From assembly GCA_965153455.1 (NCBI GenBank), contig OZ234493.1, positions 18,528,213 to 18,592,212 on the forward strand: 64,000 nucleotides of DNA, in the 5' to 3' direction. Every line of letters starts with the position of its first letter. Positions within the stretch are counted from its first letter, which is position 1. Below are positions 25,337-38,500 of this stretch, in pieces. Made by a program: the position numbers and the translations under genes. The notes under the pieces are model-generated. The model was given only the letters and a program-made list of their open reading frames with translations, was not told the origin of the DNA and ran no database searches. The stretch comes from Sphagnum compactum. Taxonomy: Eukaryota.

Positions 25337-26199
25337 TGTAATGGGAGATTAGGTTACCCCAACTTTTGAGCGCCCACTGATCAGGGAAATTAAGTTATGT
25401 GTTAATTGAGCCATTTTGTTTTTGAGTGGCGGCTGCCTTTTCTTTACTTCTGCATGGGAAGCTTTGTTGTTTCTTGAGTGAGATGTTGCGCTGAGAGATT
25501 TGCATGACGACTGCACTGAATGGGTATGGAGTCTGAGTGGCGGCTCCAAATTATAACTAGGGTCGGTGATGCAATTATGGAGAATGGCGGTTTGGGAGCG
25601 TAAAGGAGAAGACAAGGCGATTTGGAAAAAGGGCTTCTGGATACAACGAACGGCGTTCTGAAGAAAGATCAGGAAGGCTGTTTTGGGGAGAAAAGTTGTT
25701 TTTGGATGGAGAGTGTAAAAACAGAAGAGAAGAGAGCAGGAGGGGGAGAAGAAGGAGTTCTGTAGAGGGGAGCTTAGCTATGCTAGAAATCTTCCGCTGC
25801 GTCTGGTGAATAGTAGAGCTTCTGCTGCAGAAGCATGGAGGAGAGGAATCAGAAAGAGAGAGAGAAGGCAAGGTACTGAGGAACTATCAGACTGTTTTTT
25901 TCTTTTGGGTAAGCCTGTGATGGCAGAAAATGCTTGTGCTTTCGGGATGTACATAGGCTGTGAATAAGATACAAGAGTTTCTTTGAATTGCATCAGTGTG
26001 CAAGTGTTGTGGGGAATGTTGTTTCGTGTCCGTCAGTCTTTGAATCGGAGTGCATCAGAGGGAGAATGTAGGCAGTTCGAGTTTTGGAAAGGTTAAGGAG
26101 TCAGTAAGGTGTGAGATCGATCTGGAAAGCTTGGACACCAGGGTCTACAGAGGAGAGTACATGTGTTGTTAGAATCTGAACCCTCTCTTTTTGGTTACA
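25337..26199 (+). repeat. 3' LTR (863 bp, TGTAA...TTACA)
   Basis: Direct repeat of 18262-19124, followed by TSD AAGC. Confidence 0.96.
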
Positions 26200-28401
26200 A
26201 AGCATCAACCATAATGCCATTGTTTCTGATACACTAAATGTTCACTCATAAGCATGTTTATTGTAATCAAAGACTAATCAATCACTTTGATTTTTGAATT
26301 TTGACATTGGATTTGACATCTGAATTTTTTTTTTAATTTTAAAAATGTAAAAATTTTCCTCCATTTTTAATTAAATTAAAGGTATATATGCTATGGGGGT
26401 ACCCAGACCATACCCATCTACTAAATAATAATAATGATAATAATACTTAAACCCTAACCTAATGAATTTTTTTGAATATTAATATACTTTTATCTGAAGG
26501 ATAATAAATTTAAAAACATTATATACCCTTACCCAAGGATATATCAAAAACAATATACCTACACAACACTAATTTTTTCCTAAAAATTCATTTATAAACT
26601 ACCCTTAACATTAGATTTTCTTATTGCCATAGTGTGAAATTTTGCCCAAAAAATTAACCCATTCGAACCATTATTTCATATAATGTTAAATTGTAGAATA
26701 TTTATTAGCTTTATGTTGAACATAAATGACACCAAAAAAAAAATTATTAAGCACCATGCTTACTTGTGGTAGTCACAAGGTGCCCTTGGAATACACTAGG
26801 GAATTCCCCCAAGTGCTTTATTAAAGAGCCTTGTGTTGGGCCTTTACCTCATATAGGGCCCTCCACGGGGGCCCTTCACCTATGTAATCCCTGTTCAAGT
26901 TTCGTTCATCACCTGATTGTAAGTGTGAACTTGAGGTTCATCCACTATTTTCATCCACTTTGCCAGATTATTTATGATAGTAACTACCGTTCCCTATTCA
27001 AGTTTTTACCGATTTATATTCATCAACTGATAGTAAGCCGAACCTGAGTTTCATCCACTATTTTCATCCATTGTACCTTTTGTAAGAGAAAGTAACTTCC
27101 AGTTCTGACAAGGGAGCGACTTTGGGAGGTAGTAGGAACTACTTTGGACGTTGACAACCGCAGATCTTGAGGATCTGACGGTTGTGTGTCTACGCTTAGT
27201 TTACTCTGTCGTGGCAGTGTACTTGTGGCGCGATGTCCCGGGTACCGGACGGAAGATCTATATCGTAGGATTTCGCATCCGACGGTCTGGATTCACGCCG
27301 AGCTTGCCTCGTCGCTTAGTGTATTCTTCACGCTTTTGTCCATGGCGGCTGCGACTTCCACTCTCTTCTGCTTTTCGCTCGTAACCGCCGCGCGCTTCTG
27401 CGCCGTTGCTCCTCTGCTTTTCTTCTCTCCCTGTATGCGAGCTTCTTTCCATCTTGAGGCCGGCCGTGAGTGGACTTCTCTGTTGTCTCTTTTTCAGCTA
27501 GTGACGGCGTTGAGTTTTGCGCTTGTTCCCGCCTCACCGTCGCATCAGGGTTTGTATTCGGATTCCGTCTTCACGCGCTCTGACGCTACTGGTACGTGCA
27601 ACAATTTGTCTGCTTTTTCTCACTTTGGACCCTGAGCTTGGTTTTCCCTTTCAAAAACCAAGGTATGATTTTCCCTTTCAAGGTGAAGTGGTCGAGTCTG
27701 GTGCTTTTGCGCTTCACCAGGGTTTCGCTTCACCAGGGTATCTTTCATTCGACTCCGTCCCCGCCTGTTGTGGTCGATAGGGCAAGTAGAGAAACTCGAA
27801 CCAGAACGCGGTAGGTACTATACTCTGTAAACAAGCGATCCGCTTCGCTGCTTGTATTTCGGTTGTCAGTTTGTTGAGCATTTTAACCCAAATAAGACTC
27901 ACTGCTAAAGATGCTATTTAGATAGCGGACGGATGTTGAATCGCCGTAGATGTGTGTTTGTTGGCGATTTAGCGAATATGATATGATCGCATGTCATGCT
28001 TGGTTTTTCAGCATTTCGTATTTTCGCTAACGTGTTGGATTGGTCATGGATTTAGAGATGTAGCATGCAGGCAATAAAATGCTGCAGCCGCTTTTATTTG
28101 CGTAGGTATCCAGATACTCTCTTTCAGGTTACTGTAGCTTAGCGGTGTTATCACTGTAATATTATTTTGTCATTGTGCCCATGAAATGAACTTTTTGTTG
28201 TGTAATCTTATACCTTTGGAGTCAAGCAGAAAAAGAAGAATAGTGCATTCTGAATATCTGGATTCTCTCCCTGGTTTTAGAGAAATTGTTCGTTTCGAAT
28301 ATTCAGATACTTCCCTGGTTTTATCTACTCCCTAATGGTGTTTGGTTTCATGCTTGCAGAGCCATACCACCATCATTACAGTTATCCAAACAACATTCAA
28401 C

Positions 28402-30829
28402 ATGCCAAGGTATGAGGATCGGGACAGGAGTGATAGAGGTTACAGGGGTGATGACAGAGGTTACAGAAGTGAGCGCAGTGAGAGATTTGAATACAGAGGG
28501 GATGATGGAGCAACACGCCTGTATGTTGGTGGTCTCTCCACCCGCACAAGAAGCAGAGATTTGGAAGACGTCTTTGCCAAGTATGGGAGGTATGAATCAC
28601 TTCCACTCTCCCCACCAGTAGGTTGGATAATACTTCCAAGGAATAAAAAACTCCAGCAAGCGCAATTTCAGCAGGTGTTTCTTACACCAATGCAGTAGTA
28701 TGGACGGCAATGTGCATGTACTTACACCCAACCTGTTCAACATAGTGTTTTGAGTGCAAGAACTCCAAGACACTTCTGTGTGCTTTCCCTGGACCTATAT
28801 TGTGAGTGTAGGAAGCCTGTGGATCTACTGCCCTTCACATGGAATCGATTTAATGCTTTCGCATTTCAAGTGGACCTGCATGAGCAGTGCCAACAGGTTG
28901 TGATTAGCCACCTCCAGTGGAAAAAGCTCTCCACTTGGAGGTGCTTGAAAGGAAATTCAGTGCGAGAAACTGAATGCTGCTAGCCTTCTCAAAGAAGGCT
29001 AGCCTTGCCATAGGTGGTCTCATGTTACGTTTCGCACTAGGTGTGTTGTTGGCTGGAGAGGTCCTACCTCAATGGCCGCCAACGGGTCATGATATGGGTA
29101 GGTCTAAGCAGTACCTTGCATGATGTTGTTGAAGGTTGGTGGGCTTACTCCCGGCCTGGAGGTCTATGATGAGAGGTCTTTGGTGGCATTTGGTGGCTCA
29201 TGCTCGCGAAGGTAAAAAGGGGAGGCAGGCCATCATAGGAGTGCTTCTCTGTTTATGTGTGAATTGGCCTTACATACGTACGTTGATGGAATGACGAGGT
29301 TGGAAGGAAAAAGTGGTGTGTGATTCCACTGACACACAGTCTCATGCCATGACTTGATGTGGTGCCCTGCTCTTACTTGGCAACCCTTTCTGCAGAATTC
29401 GAGATGTGGATGTGAAGCACGACTTTGCCTTCGTTGTATGTACTCTCTAACCATCCCCTTCCTTGAATCATCCATGTTTTTGAGTTTTCTTCTTCTGACC
29501 TCTCAAAGTTGTTGTGCTTATGTGTCCAATAAGACCTGTACATATTTGGACTAGATTCTGGAGCAACAAAAACATACTTGCTTGCATCTCTTGATGCTCT
29601 TGCATTCATGTTGCTTCCATCTTGCTGGTTGAGTATGAAGTGCTCTGTGTGAGTGTAAAGTTGTGTGTCTTTTTTTATTTGTGTTGAATGGATGAAATTT
29701 CATGATCTCCTGAATTCCCAAGGTTTTTGTTGGTTGCAGGAGTTCAGTGATTCTCGGGATGCTGATGACGCGCGACATTACTTGAATGGCAAAGATTTTG
29801 ATGGGAATCGTCTGATTGTGGAGTTTGCTAGAAGGGTTGGTTCAATACTAACTCTTTTTACACCTGATCATCAATGATGCTCTGCTTGTCAGTTGAAATA
29901 TGCAGGATTTTCCATTCGCTCTTTCATGGATATGTAGTCAGGTCTGATACTAATCTGCAATTCTCTCTCCATGGATGCAGGGCCCTCGTGGTCCAGGAGG
30001 TGCTCGAGTGTATCTTGGACGTGGCCCGCCTCCAGGAACTGGATGCTGCTACAACTGTGGCAATGATGGCCACTGGGCCCGGGATTGCAAAGCAGGTGAT
30101 TGGAGGGATAAATGCTATCGTTGTGGACAACGTGGGCACATTGAGCGGAACTGTCGGAACAGCCCCCGGCTGAACAGCAGGTAGGTTTGAACTGTGTATA
30201 TTTTCTAAGTGTGGACCTGAAGATCTTGTAATTTCTATCTACCTTGAAACAGTTTCTTTGGTAACTTATTTGTTGTTGTTTGCAGTCCATCTCGGTCACG
30301 GTCCCGATCCCCAAGGGGACATGGCAGGAGCCGAAGGAGCTTTTCTCGCAGCAGGAGTCTGAGCTACAGGTTTGTTCTTTTATTTTTAATGCTGTGAGGA
30401 CATTGCTCTCCAACCTTTTGGTGCTTTTATGCCATCATCTTTACTGCCTGAAGTCTGGAATCACCACATGTAGAAACAACATGCTGATTGTAAGTTCTGT
30501 TTGGTGTGGCTTTCAGTCGTTCGCCAGTAAGGAGGGACCGCAGCCCTGTGAGAGATGAGCGCTCAAAGAAGAGTTACAGAAAAAGCAGGAGCATGACTGG
30601 CAGCCCTCCAGCAACAAAGAAGCGGAGCATGTCAGCAAGTCCCATGGGTAATGGTAGAAGCCTGTCTCGAAGTCCTGTGCCTCGTAGTCAGAGCCCACCA
30701 CCCCGTGGAGTGAGGAGGGATACAAGCCGCAGTCTCAGCCACAGCCCAAGAAATGGTATGGAACTGGAAAATTCTCAGAAACATCAAACCTCTCCTCCTC
30801 CTGCAACTGCTGGGAGCCTCAGTCCTTGA
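28402..30829 (+). CDS. RS2Z: RS2Z-subfamily SR splicing factor (RRM, two CCHC knuckles, RS/SP tail); join(28402..28589,29396..29435,29740..29835,29981..30180,30286..30369,30517..30829), 306 aa
   Basis: [12 protein letters not shown]...[46 protein letters not shown], knuckles [14 protein letters not shown] and [14 protein letters not shown], and an RS-rich C-terminus. All five introns are GT-AG with matching phases (921 nt total). A 5'UTR intron ends at acceptor AG 28358-28359. Confidence 0.95.
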
Positions 30830-33800
30830 TAATGTTCTACTTTTCTTTGCACATTTGACTGAGAACACTGGTGATGTGGAACCTAGTGATGAGAACAAGG
30901 TTGAGGTACAGTAGACATCAAACTATCTGCTGTAGCTTTTTGCTGAGGTGCAATTTTGAGTTTATTTGGATTGGGGTTTTATATGAAGTAATTTACTCAT
31001 TTGGATTTTTTGAGTGTGTACACATGTTTATGGAATGTTAAGCAACTGGTGCTATGTGTCAAGCCTGCTCTGCCATGTCTTGTGTCATTTAGAGATGTTT
31101 CCTCAGCTCTGAGAGGTCAGTGTGAACAAACTTGTTTGTGAATATTGTTTTCTCAATACTATTTGGAACTGTTATTACCCAACACAACCCCAACATATGT
31201 GGTTGTATTTCATGGCACCTACTTGGCTCCTTCCTATGTGGTGAAAGATGTAAGGGATGAGATGGAGTTTTGTTTAATAAAAATTTGGTGACTGGAGAAA
31301 TTGAGGACAAATACAAGTTATCAAGTTAGGTAACTAGTTATTCTCCTAATCTGTGAAACCATGTAGTTTTGATCCAATCCATAGGGTGTAGTACTCAACA
31401 TTCAAATTTCTAACTTGGAAAGTCTTTGAAAATCTTTTCATTCAGAGGTGCTCATTGAGCAGTTGAACCTTGGTTTTGGCGTTCAGTAATCTTCAGGGGT
31501 GAGTTCCAAGTTTGATGTGAGAGTGTGAGGCTATGATTATGTTTGAAGTGGTTTATGTTGTTGGAATCATGGTTTGATGAGTGTGTGATGTTGTGTTATC
31601 TTTGCCTTTCAGGTGAGCATTCAATACCCATGTATTATCATGGGTTTGTTAGCAAGTTATAGATTATCTTCCTTCAGCCTTGTTTTACGTTTTTTTGGTT
31701 CCATAACTGTGACTTTGATTTCTATGTTTTTAGAATGTCCCACAACTTAGGGGTATTGAAGAAGCCATTGTGTAGTGAAGGAAATTGTAGTAGGTCATTG
31801 AGGACAATTGAGGGGGTGTCATCAGAAAGAAGGTGCTGATTGTTGATTCTCCTGGGCAGGTTTAATACCAAACCAGCAGTGACTCATCAAGGCCCTGTTC
31901 TTGCTTCTGAAGCTCTTCATATTGAGCCCATTTTGAGATATGGTAACATCTGCCTAGTTTTATTATGTTCTCCTATTGGAGTGTTCAATATTAGAAGCCC
32001 CTTTTTGCACTTAAGATCACCCCAGCTACCAACGAGACTCATAGGATGTGCAGACGAGTTGAAGAACCTACTACATTGGGTGGCAAACAAGTGTAACCGA
32101 CCTATGCACTCTGACAAACAGACTATACATACAGCAACTCACAATTGACCTTCACACCGAGCAAACAGAAGTTACTACTAGATGATAGAAATTGTATGAT
32201 GGTCTATGAGGATCAATACATGCACAGAAGCATAATTTTCCCATCTGATCTACTGACCTCCCATGTGTGGACCATTGTTGTCCAGGTCTGGATTTCAAAA
32301 TGAAACATCAGTTTTGGCTCTAATTCTTTTTTTGTTTTTCGATGGAACCTCTGGACTTGTCTTGAGACTGGTTGTTTCAAATTGTAAAACCTCCAGTTGT
32401 GGTTATTTTCACAAAGAATTTAGAGTTGACCTAGTTTAAGATCCCCAGTCTAAAAGAATGAATCTCCTTACTTTCGCTGGGAGGATGCAAGGATGAAAAA
32501 AGGAAGCATGAACAAATTGTGGGAAAGGTACTTTTGGCTTGGAGAGAATTGAGAGAAATTAGGACCATCAATGTTGAAAGTCCTTACATACTGCCACAAT
32601 AAGTAAACTCAATTTTCAACTTGGATCCAACCGTGAATGTTAAATGCTGTAGGCCAATCTTACAAGGCATTCCAATTGAAGTAATTTAATGACATTCCAA
32701 TGGTGAAGTAATCACCACAACTTCTCAATGCTGTTCCAGATCATGAATCCAGAGGGTTTTCAAGCCTAAAGTGTGAAAAATAACATTAATCTCCACATGT
32801 TGGGAGTTTTGACGATGATATATTTTCCATGTGATGCTGGAAAAAAATGGAAGTTGCGGAACAATTTGAAAGGCCAAGGTTAACAAATGGCCTATGCGAA
32901 AAATATTGGAGAGGAAGGCTAGAAGGGATAAGAATGCCTCCTAATCAACCAGACAGTCCATTTTCCATCTCCTGTGAGGCATTTGATAGGAGATGGTTTT
33001 GAAATTTGAATTGGAAACCATTGGAATTCAAGATAGGAATGATTGACACAAACAACTTAAATGATGATGAAGTGGGATATATTTCATATGTAATTGCCAC
33101 ACTGGGAAGTCTAAAAGTTGGCATTGGATTCAATGTTAAAACATGTGACTAGCTAATCAACACCAAACTTATGGAAACATTGGTGATAAAATGGGTGAAA
33201 AAGATATAATCAGACACAATTTCTTCTCGATGAATGCAATAATAGCAAATGTGATTTCATGAGTCCATTGATCTTTTTTCTTTTACTTTTATGAATTTGA
33301 AGAGGTAGATTTAAAACAATACAAAATTGTTCATTTGTATCATTCCAAACATTTGAGGATCCAACAAATTAAATTGAACCTATAGTGTTTGCATAAAGAA
33401 CTTTACTTTATCAACCAACATAATGGCTTTCTCAATAAGTACTCATCCTAAAAGAGAATAGGAATCCAAGAACGTGTGTGAACTTCAGGGGTGTAATCAA
33501 GGTGACCAAAATTGGCCACTATTCATTGCCATTTTGTGATGGGATCTTTAAAAATTTTGTAAGGTACAAACACACACACTTCGAAATAGTTATAAATGGT
33601 TAGCATCAAATGAAATTTGTTTTAAAGAACCAATTGAAGACCACTGGTGACATTGAGGACACTATCCAAAGATTTAACATTTTCCTATCCTTTGGGGTTC
33701 AAGCTGGTGATTGTTACAAGTCAGTAAATAAATATAAACAATCAAGCATGAATGTTGCATGCTTTTTGTACATGTTGTCCATCGAACTCGGAAAAAACAT

Positions 33801-36800
33801 GACAATGTAGATGGCCTATTTAGGGCTCATGAAGGCGTGGTAATGTGTTTAGCAATAATGATCTTTAGTGGGAATTTTCTGTGAACATTGAAAGAATGCC
33901 AAACGAACATGGGAACATTGTTCATTATTTAAAGGTGTGAAGTACCTTCTAGGAACTTGTTCATAACAAGAGTTGAAAATACACCATCATTGTGAATCAA
34001 CTTTTCCTCCAAGGGTGGGAAGGCATTTTATGAAAAATTGTTGGATAAAATGAGATCCCAAGGTCTATGGAAATTTTGCAATGAACATAGCAACAAGCAT
34101 CATTGAAAAAATCATTACATATAAAGATTTTGTGAAACTTCTCATATGGATCAAACAAAAAAAATTGTCTTTTGCAACCAGTTTTTGGCTTATACAACCA
34201 ACAAGTAGTTGCATAAGTTGAAAACTAGTTGTGTAAGTCAAAGACTAGTTGCAAAAATTGGTTACAAAAGATAAGATTTTTCTTTTTAGAGGTTTAGGCT
34301 TCTAAAAATTGTCATTTAAAATGATAATTTTACACTTTGACCATAGCTAGAATTAGCTCCTAATCGAAAATCTTAAACCCCTATACATGAAAACCTTTGT
34401 GCTTGGGCAAAGCAATATGGACCATATTTGGAGACTTCAGCAAATTCCAAATTTTTTTTTAAATCTTACCTGACGGTTTTAATAATTTTTTAAAACATGT
34501 TTCCTTCTCATTTAGAGTGAATGGACATTCATCATGAAGAGCATGAGGAACTATATAAGGCATGTTAATTCATGCATATATGTATATATATATAATTAAT
34601 GATGTTGTCTTTTTATGACATTTTATTTTGTAATGTCTTTTCACAATCCCACATATGAAAACTATGGGCATCCTATCTTGTGCAATTGAAAATTGTGATT
34701 GTAGGAGTAAAGGCATTAAGGTTGATGTGTTGTTGTGTTCAATGATTAAACACATCCTAAACCATGTAATTTTGATCTAGTCATTGGCATTTATGATTCA
34801 TCACTAAAATTTATGGATACAAAAGTTTTGAAAATTTTATATCCATGGGAATGTATTGGTTGGTTGTTCATTTGTTTGGGATTCAAGTTCTTACCAAAGT
34901 TCATACTTTTGTTTTGAAGCTGTGAAATTCTTGTCATGAATACCCACATGAGATGATTTTGTTTGGAATCCATGAATGACAACACGATTTTAATAAGATG
35001 TGTCCTTGTGTCAATCCACATGTGGGTATGTGTATTACATATTGGCTCATTTTGACAAATATAACATTTCATACGTATCCTATGCAAGTTCATTAAAAGT
35101 GTTCAAGTGGATATGTTTTTAAGATGTCATTATTGTAATCTATGACTACTACATGATCATCCATTTACAAACCTTCCCAAACTTAGGTCAAAACTTACAT
35201 TAGAAGGTGTTCGTGTCATTTTTCATGATAGATGTAATTTGGAAGTCCTAAGAAAAAATCAATAATGTCCAAAAGAACAAAACTCCATCTAGATATTTCA
35301 AAACCACATGTTGTAAGCAATTTTTTGAGAAATAAGAAAAAATAAAACTAATCCAAAAGGACTTATGAAAATAATGCCCAATTTTGACCATAAGTATATT
35401 ATTAGACTTTGGTTAAGGTTTTGAAGGCAATCTAAAACATATGAGTTTATTCCTTCATATTATAACATATATTTAATTTGGATTTAATCACTATAAATTA
35501 TATTTATGAGAATTAACATCATTGCAACACCTCAATTTTATAACATTTCAATCAAGCAACTAGTCCATGTTTTCACTTTCAAAAGTTCATTACAAGAAGT
35601 GAATGTACTCTCAAAAGTAAGGAACTACATAAAAGTTTCCATAAGGAAATTGTTAACCTAATACTAGTTGTCACGTGGAAAATTTAAGGTAGTGTTTGCT
35701 AGAAGCATTAAATGATTTCTATTTAATAAAATAAAATTGATCAAATTAGAAGAAATTTGAAAATTAATTATTCAATTTACAACTAGATTTTAATTGTAAT
35801 GGACACTTGCAACTATGAAATGTTCTGGTTGGTTAAAACAAGTGCCATTGGACAATTAGTCCCAAAAGAAACCATGTAGCATGGAAGTCACATCAACAAT
35901 TGCAAACCCTTATGACTACAATCCACTTTCTCATCCACTATCATGGATGAACATGAATATGATGTGGATCTCATGTAGTTTGTCAAATTTGACTTTGTGA
36001 TTACATTTGTGATTTCCTTATGGATAGTGGTATGATGCCAAGTGTTCTAACTACCTAGATTAGCCTAGTTACATATCTAGGTAAAATAATAGGTACCTAA
36101 ATAATAGGTGCCTACTAGCCTACCATTATAAAGTGATAATTTTTGTCAACTCATTTATTTCACATCTTGTTACATACATTAGTTATGTGAATAGGAAGTT
36201 AGGTAATATGTACAAATCATGTAGGTAGGTTGATAGGTAGTTGGTAGATTGCATACCTACTTACCTACCTAAGAAAAAATGTGTAAGTAGATGGCCCAGA
36301 AGAAAAAATGTTTTTATGTATACATACATACATACCTATCTAAGTAAAAAATAGGTAGGTAGGTAATAGGTGCCTACCTTAGCCTACCTAGCCTAACCTA
36401 ACCTTGTAACTAAACTAGCCTATTAGGTAATAATAACAAGTTTTAGTTCACCTACTAACCAATGAATGAACTTGTACACTTTGAATTGCACTAGCAATTT
36501 AAATGCCACATGTCATCTTGTCATCTATATATAGTTGCAAATAAGGCTACGATGGTAGTTACGTAGGTATTGTGTGGGGGATTGGAGGCGGGTTTACATC
36601 AGTGTTGGGTGGGTACCAGAAATCGGCTGGGTTTCAAGTATGTTCTCTTTTCAATTTTCAATTTGAACTCTAGCACTTTGAAAACTAGCTGAGTATCATA
36701 GAGGCTCAAATTTGATACTTATGAAAGTTATGTCAAGTGAACCCTCAAGGTTGGTCCTCATGTTTATATAGGTTCATAAAATTTCAAAGAAATAGAAAAA

Positions 36801-38300
36801 TCTATCATTATCCTTGCAAGATTTGAACCCAAGACTTTCTAGATATACTAAAAAACAATAACCATCATTAAATAAATTTTTATATGAACAGGAGTGAACC
36901 TTAGATTTAAAACTTTACATAAGTTGGTGATCTTAACTTTAAAACAATTAAGATGAAAGAGCATTAAATAAAAACAGTCATATGCATTATTTTGTGTGAT
37001 TAAATGTGACTTTATATTTAGTACTTAAGTTTACTTTGAAAACATCTTGGGTCCTCTCTCTTTGTCCTCCCTCTCCCCCTTTGCAGAACATGGCTTTAAG
37101 GGGGGGCATCTTGGCTGGGTGCTTTGTTTTAATAAAGTTTACCAGGGTTTCATCCATCTAACTAGGTTTCTAATTAGGTAACTACTTTTACCGTAGCCTG
37201 TAAAATGAGGTGAGGATTGGCCTTATTGAAAATGAGTTTGAAAACAAACAATTCTCAAGTTTGATGATAATCTGAACACTGACAAGGGTATAATAAAATT
37301 TTGAAATTTTGTAAAAGATCTCGTATCATTTGTTCTCGTCTTTTTTTACTTTTATGAGGACCACCCAACACTGATTTTAGGGCGTAGGTTACTGAGGTGG
37401 AACCTCGATGATTAAGCGGTGGGTGGTTCAGTAGTAACAGGTTTCCAACAAATAAATGATACACTGGTGGGTGTTGTGTCATATAATGGGTTGCAGCAGC
37501 CTACAAATAATTGAAGCTTTCCTTTGTCACTTCTTTTTTGAAGCTTTCGGGATAATGTAACTCTTGATGAGGAGTGGTAGAGTTCCAAAAGTAAGCACCC
37601 GCCTGCCTGAGGCAGCAGGGCCAAAGGGGTGCTTACTTCTGAAACTCCCGTCTCTAAGTTCATTATTGAGCATATAAAAAATGGCTCAATCTTTTTATTT
37701 ACAAAAACAATCCACCATACATGACAAGTAATACAGGAAAAAAATGAAAACAAAATTACAGTGACACTCTCAAGAAATGAAATAAATGCTTGCAGACATA
37801 TATTATGCTGTGGGAGCATACCTCCAAATACACAAGAAAAAGTTAAGTTGTGGAGGTTTTTACAAGTAAAAAAAGTATGGCAGTCTGAGACTCAGCAAAA
37901 GAGCTAGCAATGTATACACTAGGGTTTAGGGTTTAGGGTCCTAATCTCAGTTGGGAGCAAAATTCCAAGTTACTACTACTCAAAAGCACCCAACTTCAAA
38001 GTAAGCAAAAGAACTCCAAATTACTGCAGCAAGTGACAGACTGGTCCATATATTAATAATTCTGATGATTTCAGAGGTGGGTGATTACCGAATGCAATAA
38101 AAAAAATTAAAATTTGCGGGTCTTGCCAAGCTTTTCACCACTTTCCAGCACCCATCTGCATTTCTAGGTTAAGGTTTGGTTACCTATGTATGTATCATTT
38201 TGTCAGATGAAGAAATTCTACAGTTGCCTTAACACTTTTCCTGCTTGATTGTTGCCAAAACACTTATCATGGGCGGGGCAAAAAGAGTTATGCAAAAATA

Positions 38301-38500
38301 AATATATCCTTTACGATTGATTATTAAATTAACTTATGAAATTTTCATTAAATATAGCCTTTATGATTGATTATTAAATTAACTTATGAAAATTTCCTTA
38401 AATATAGCCTTTATGATTGATTATTAAATTAACTTATGAAAATTTCATTAAATATAGCCTTCATGATTGATTGTTAAATTAACTTATGAAAATTTCATTG
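38301..38500. repeat. Tandem repeat, 50-bp unit x4
   Basis: AATATAGCCTTTATGATTGATTATTAAATTAACTTATGAAAATTTCATTA repeated four times, each copy within about 3 mismatches of this consensus. Confidence 0.95.

Larger units (their letters stand above)
18262..26199 (+). mobile_element. Full-length Ty3/Gypsy LTR retrotransposon (7938 bp), no chromodomain seen, coding region disrupted
   Basis: Starts TGTAA and ends TTACA. It has two about 860-bp direct repeats offset by 7075 bp and a 4-bp TSD AAGC (18258-18261 and 26200-26203). PBS and PPT are present, and the domain order is gag-PR-RT-RH-IN. Confidence 0.97.

Noticed and set aside
32600-35100. Possible DNA-transposon relic (short Cys-containing ORFs such as CYICQ)
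   Set aside because: Too degraded to assign a family by eye.
37921-37939. Telomere-like AGGGTTTAGGGTTTAGGGT (also 44703)
   Set aside because: Under three units; short telo-box-like tracts are common and do not indicate a telomere or fusion site.
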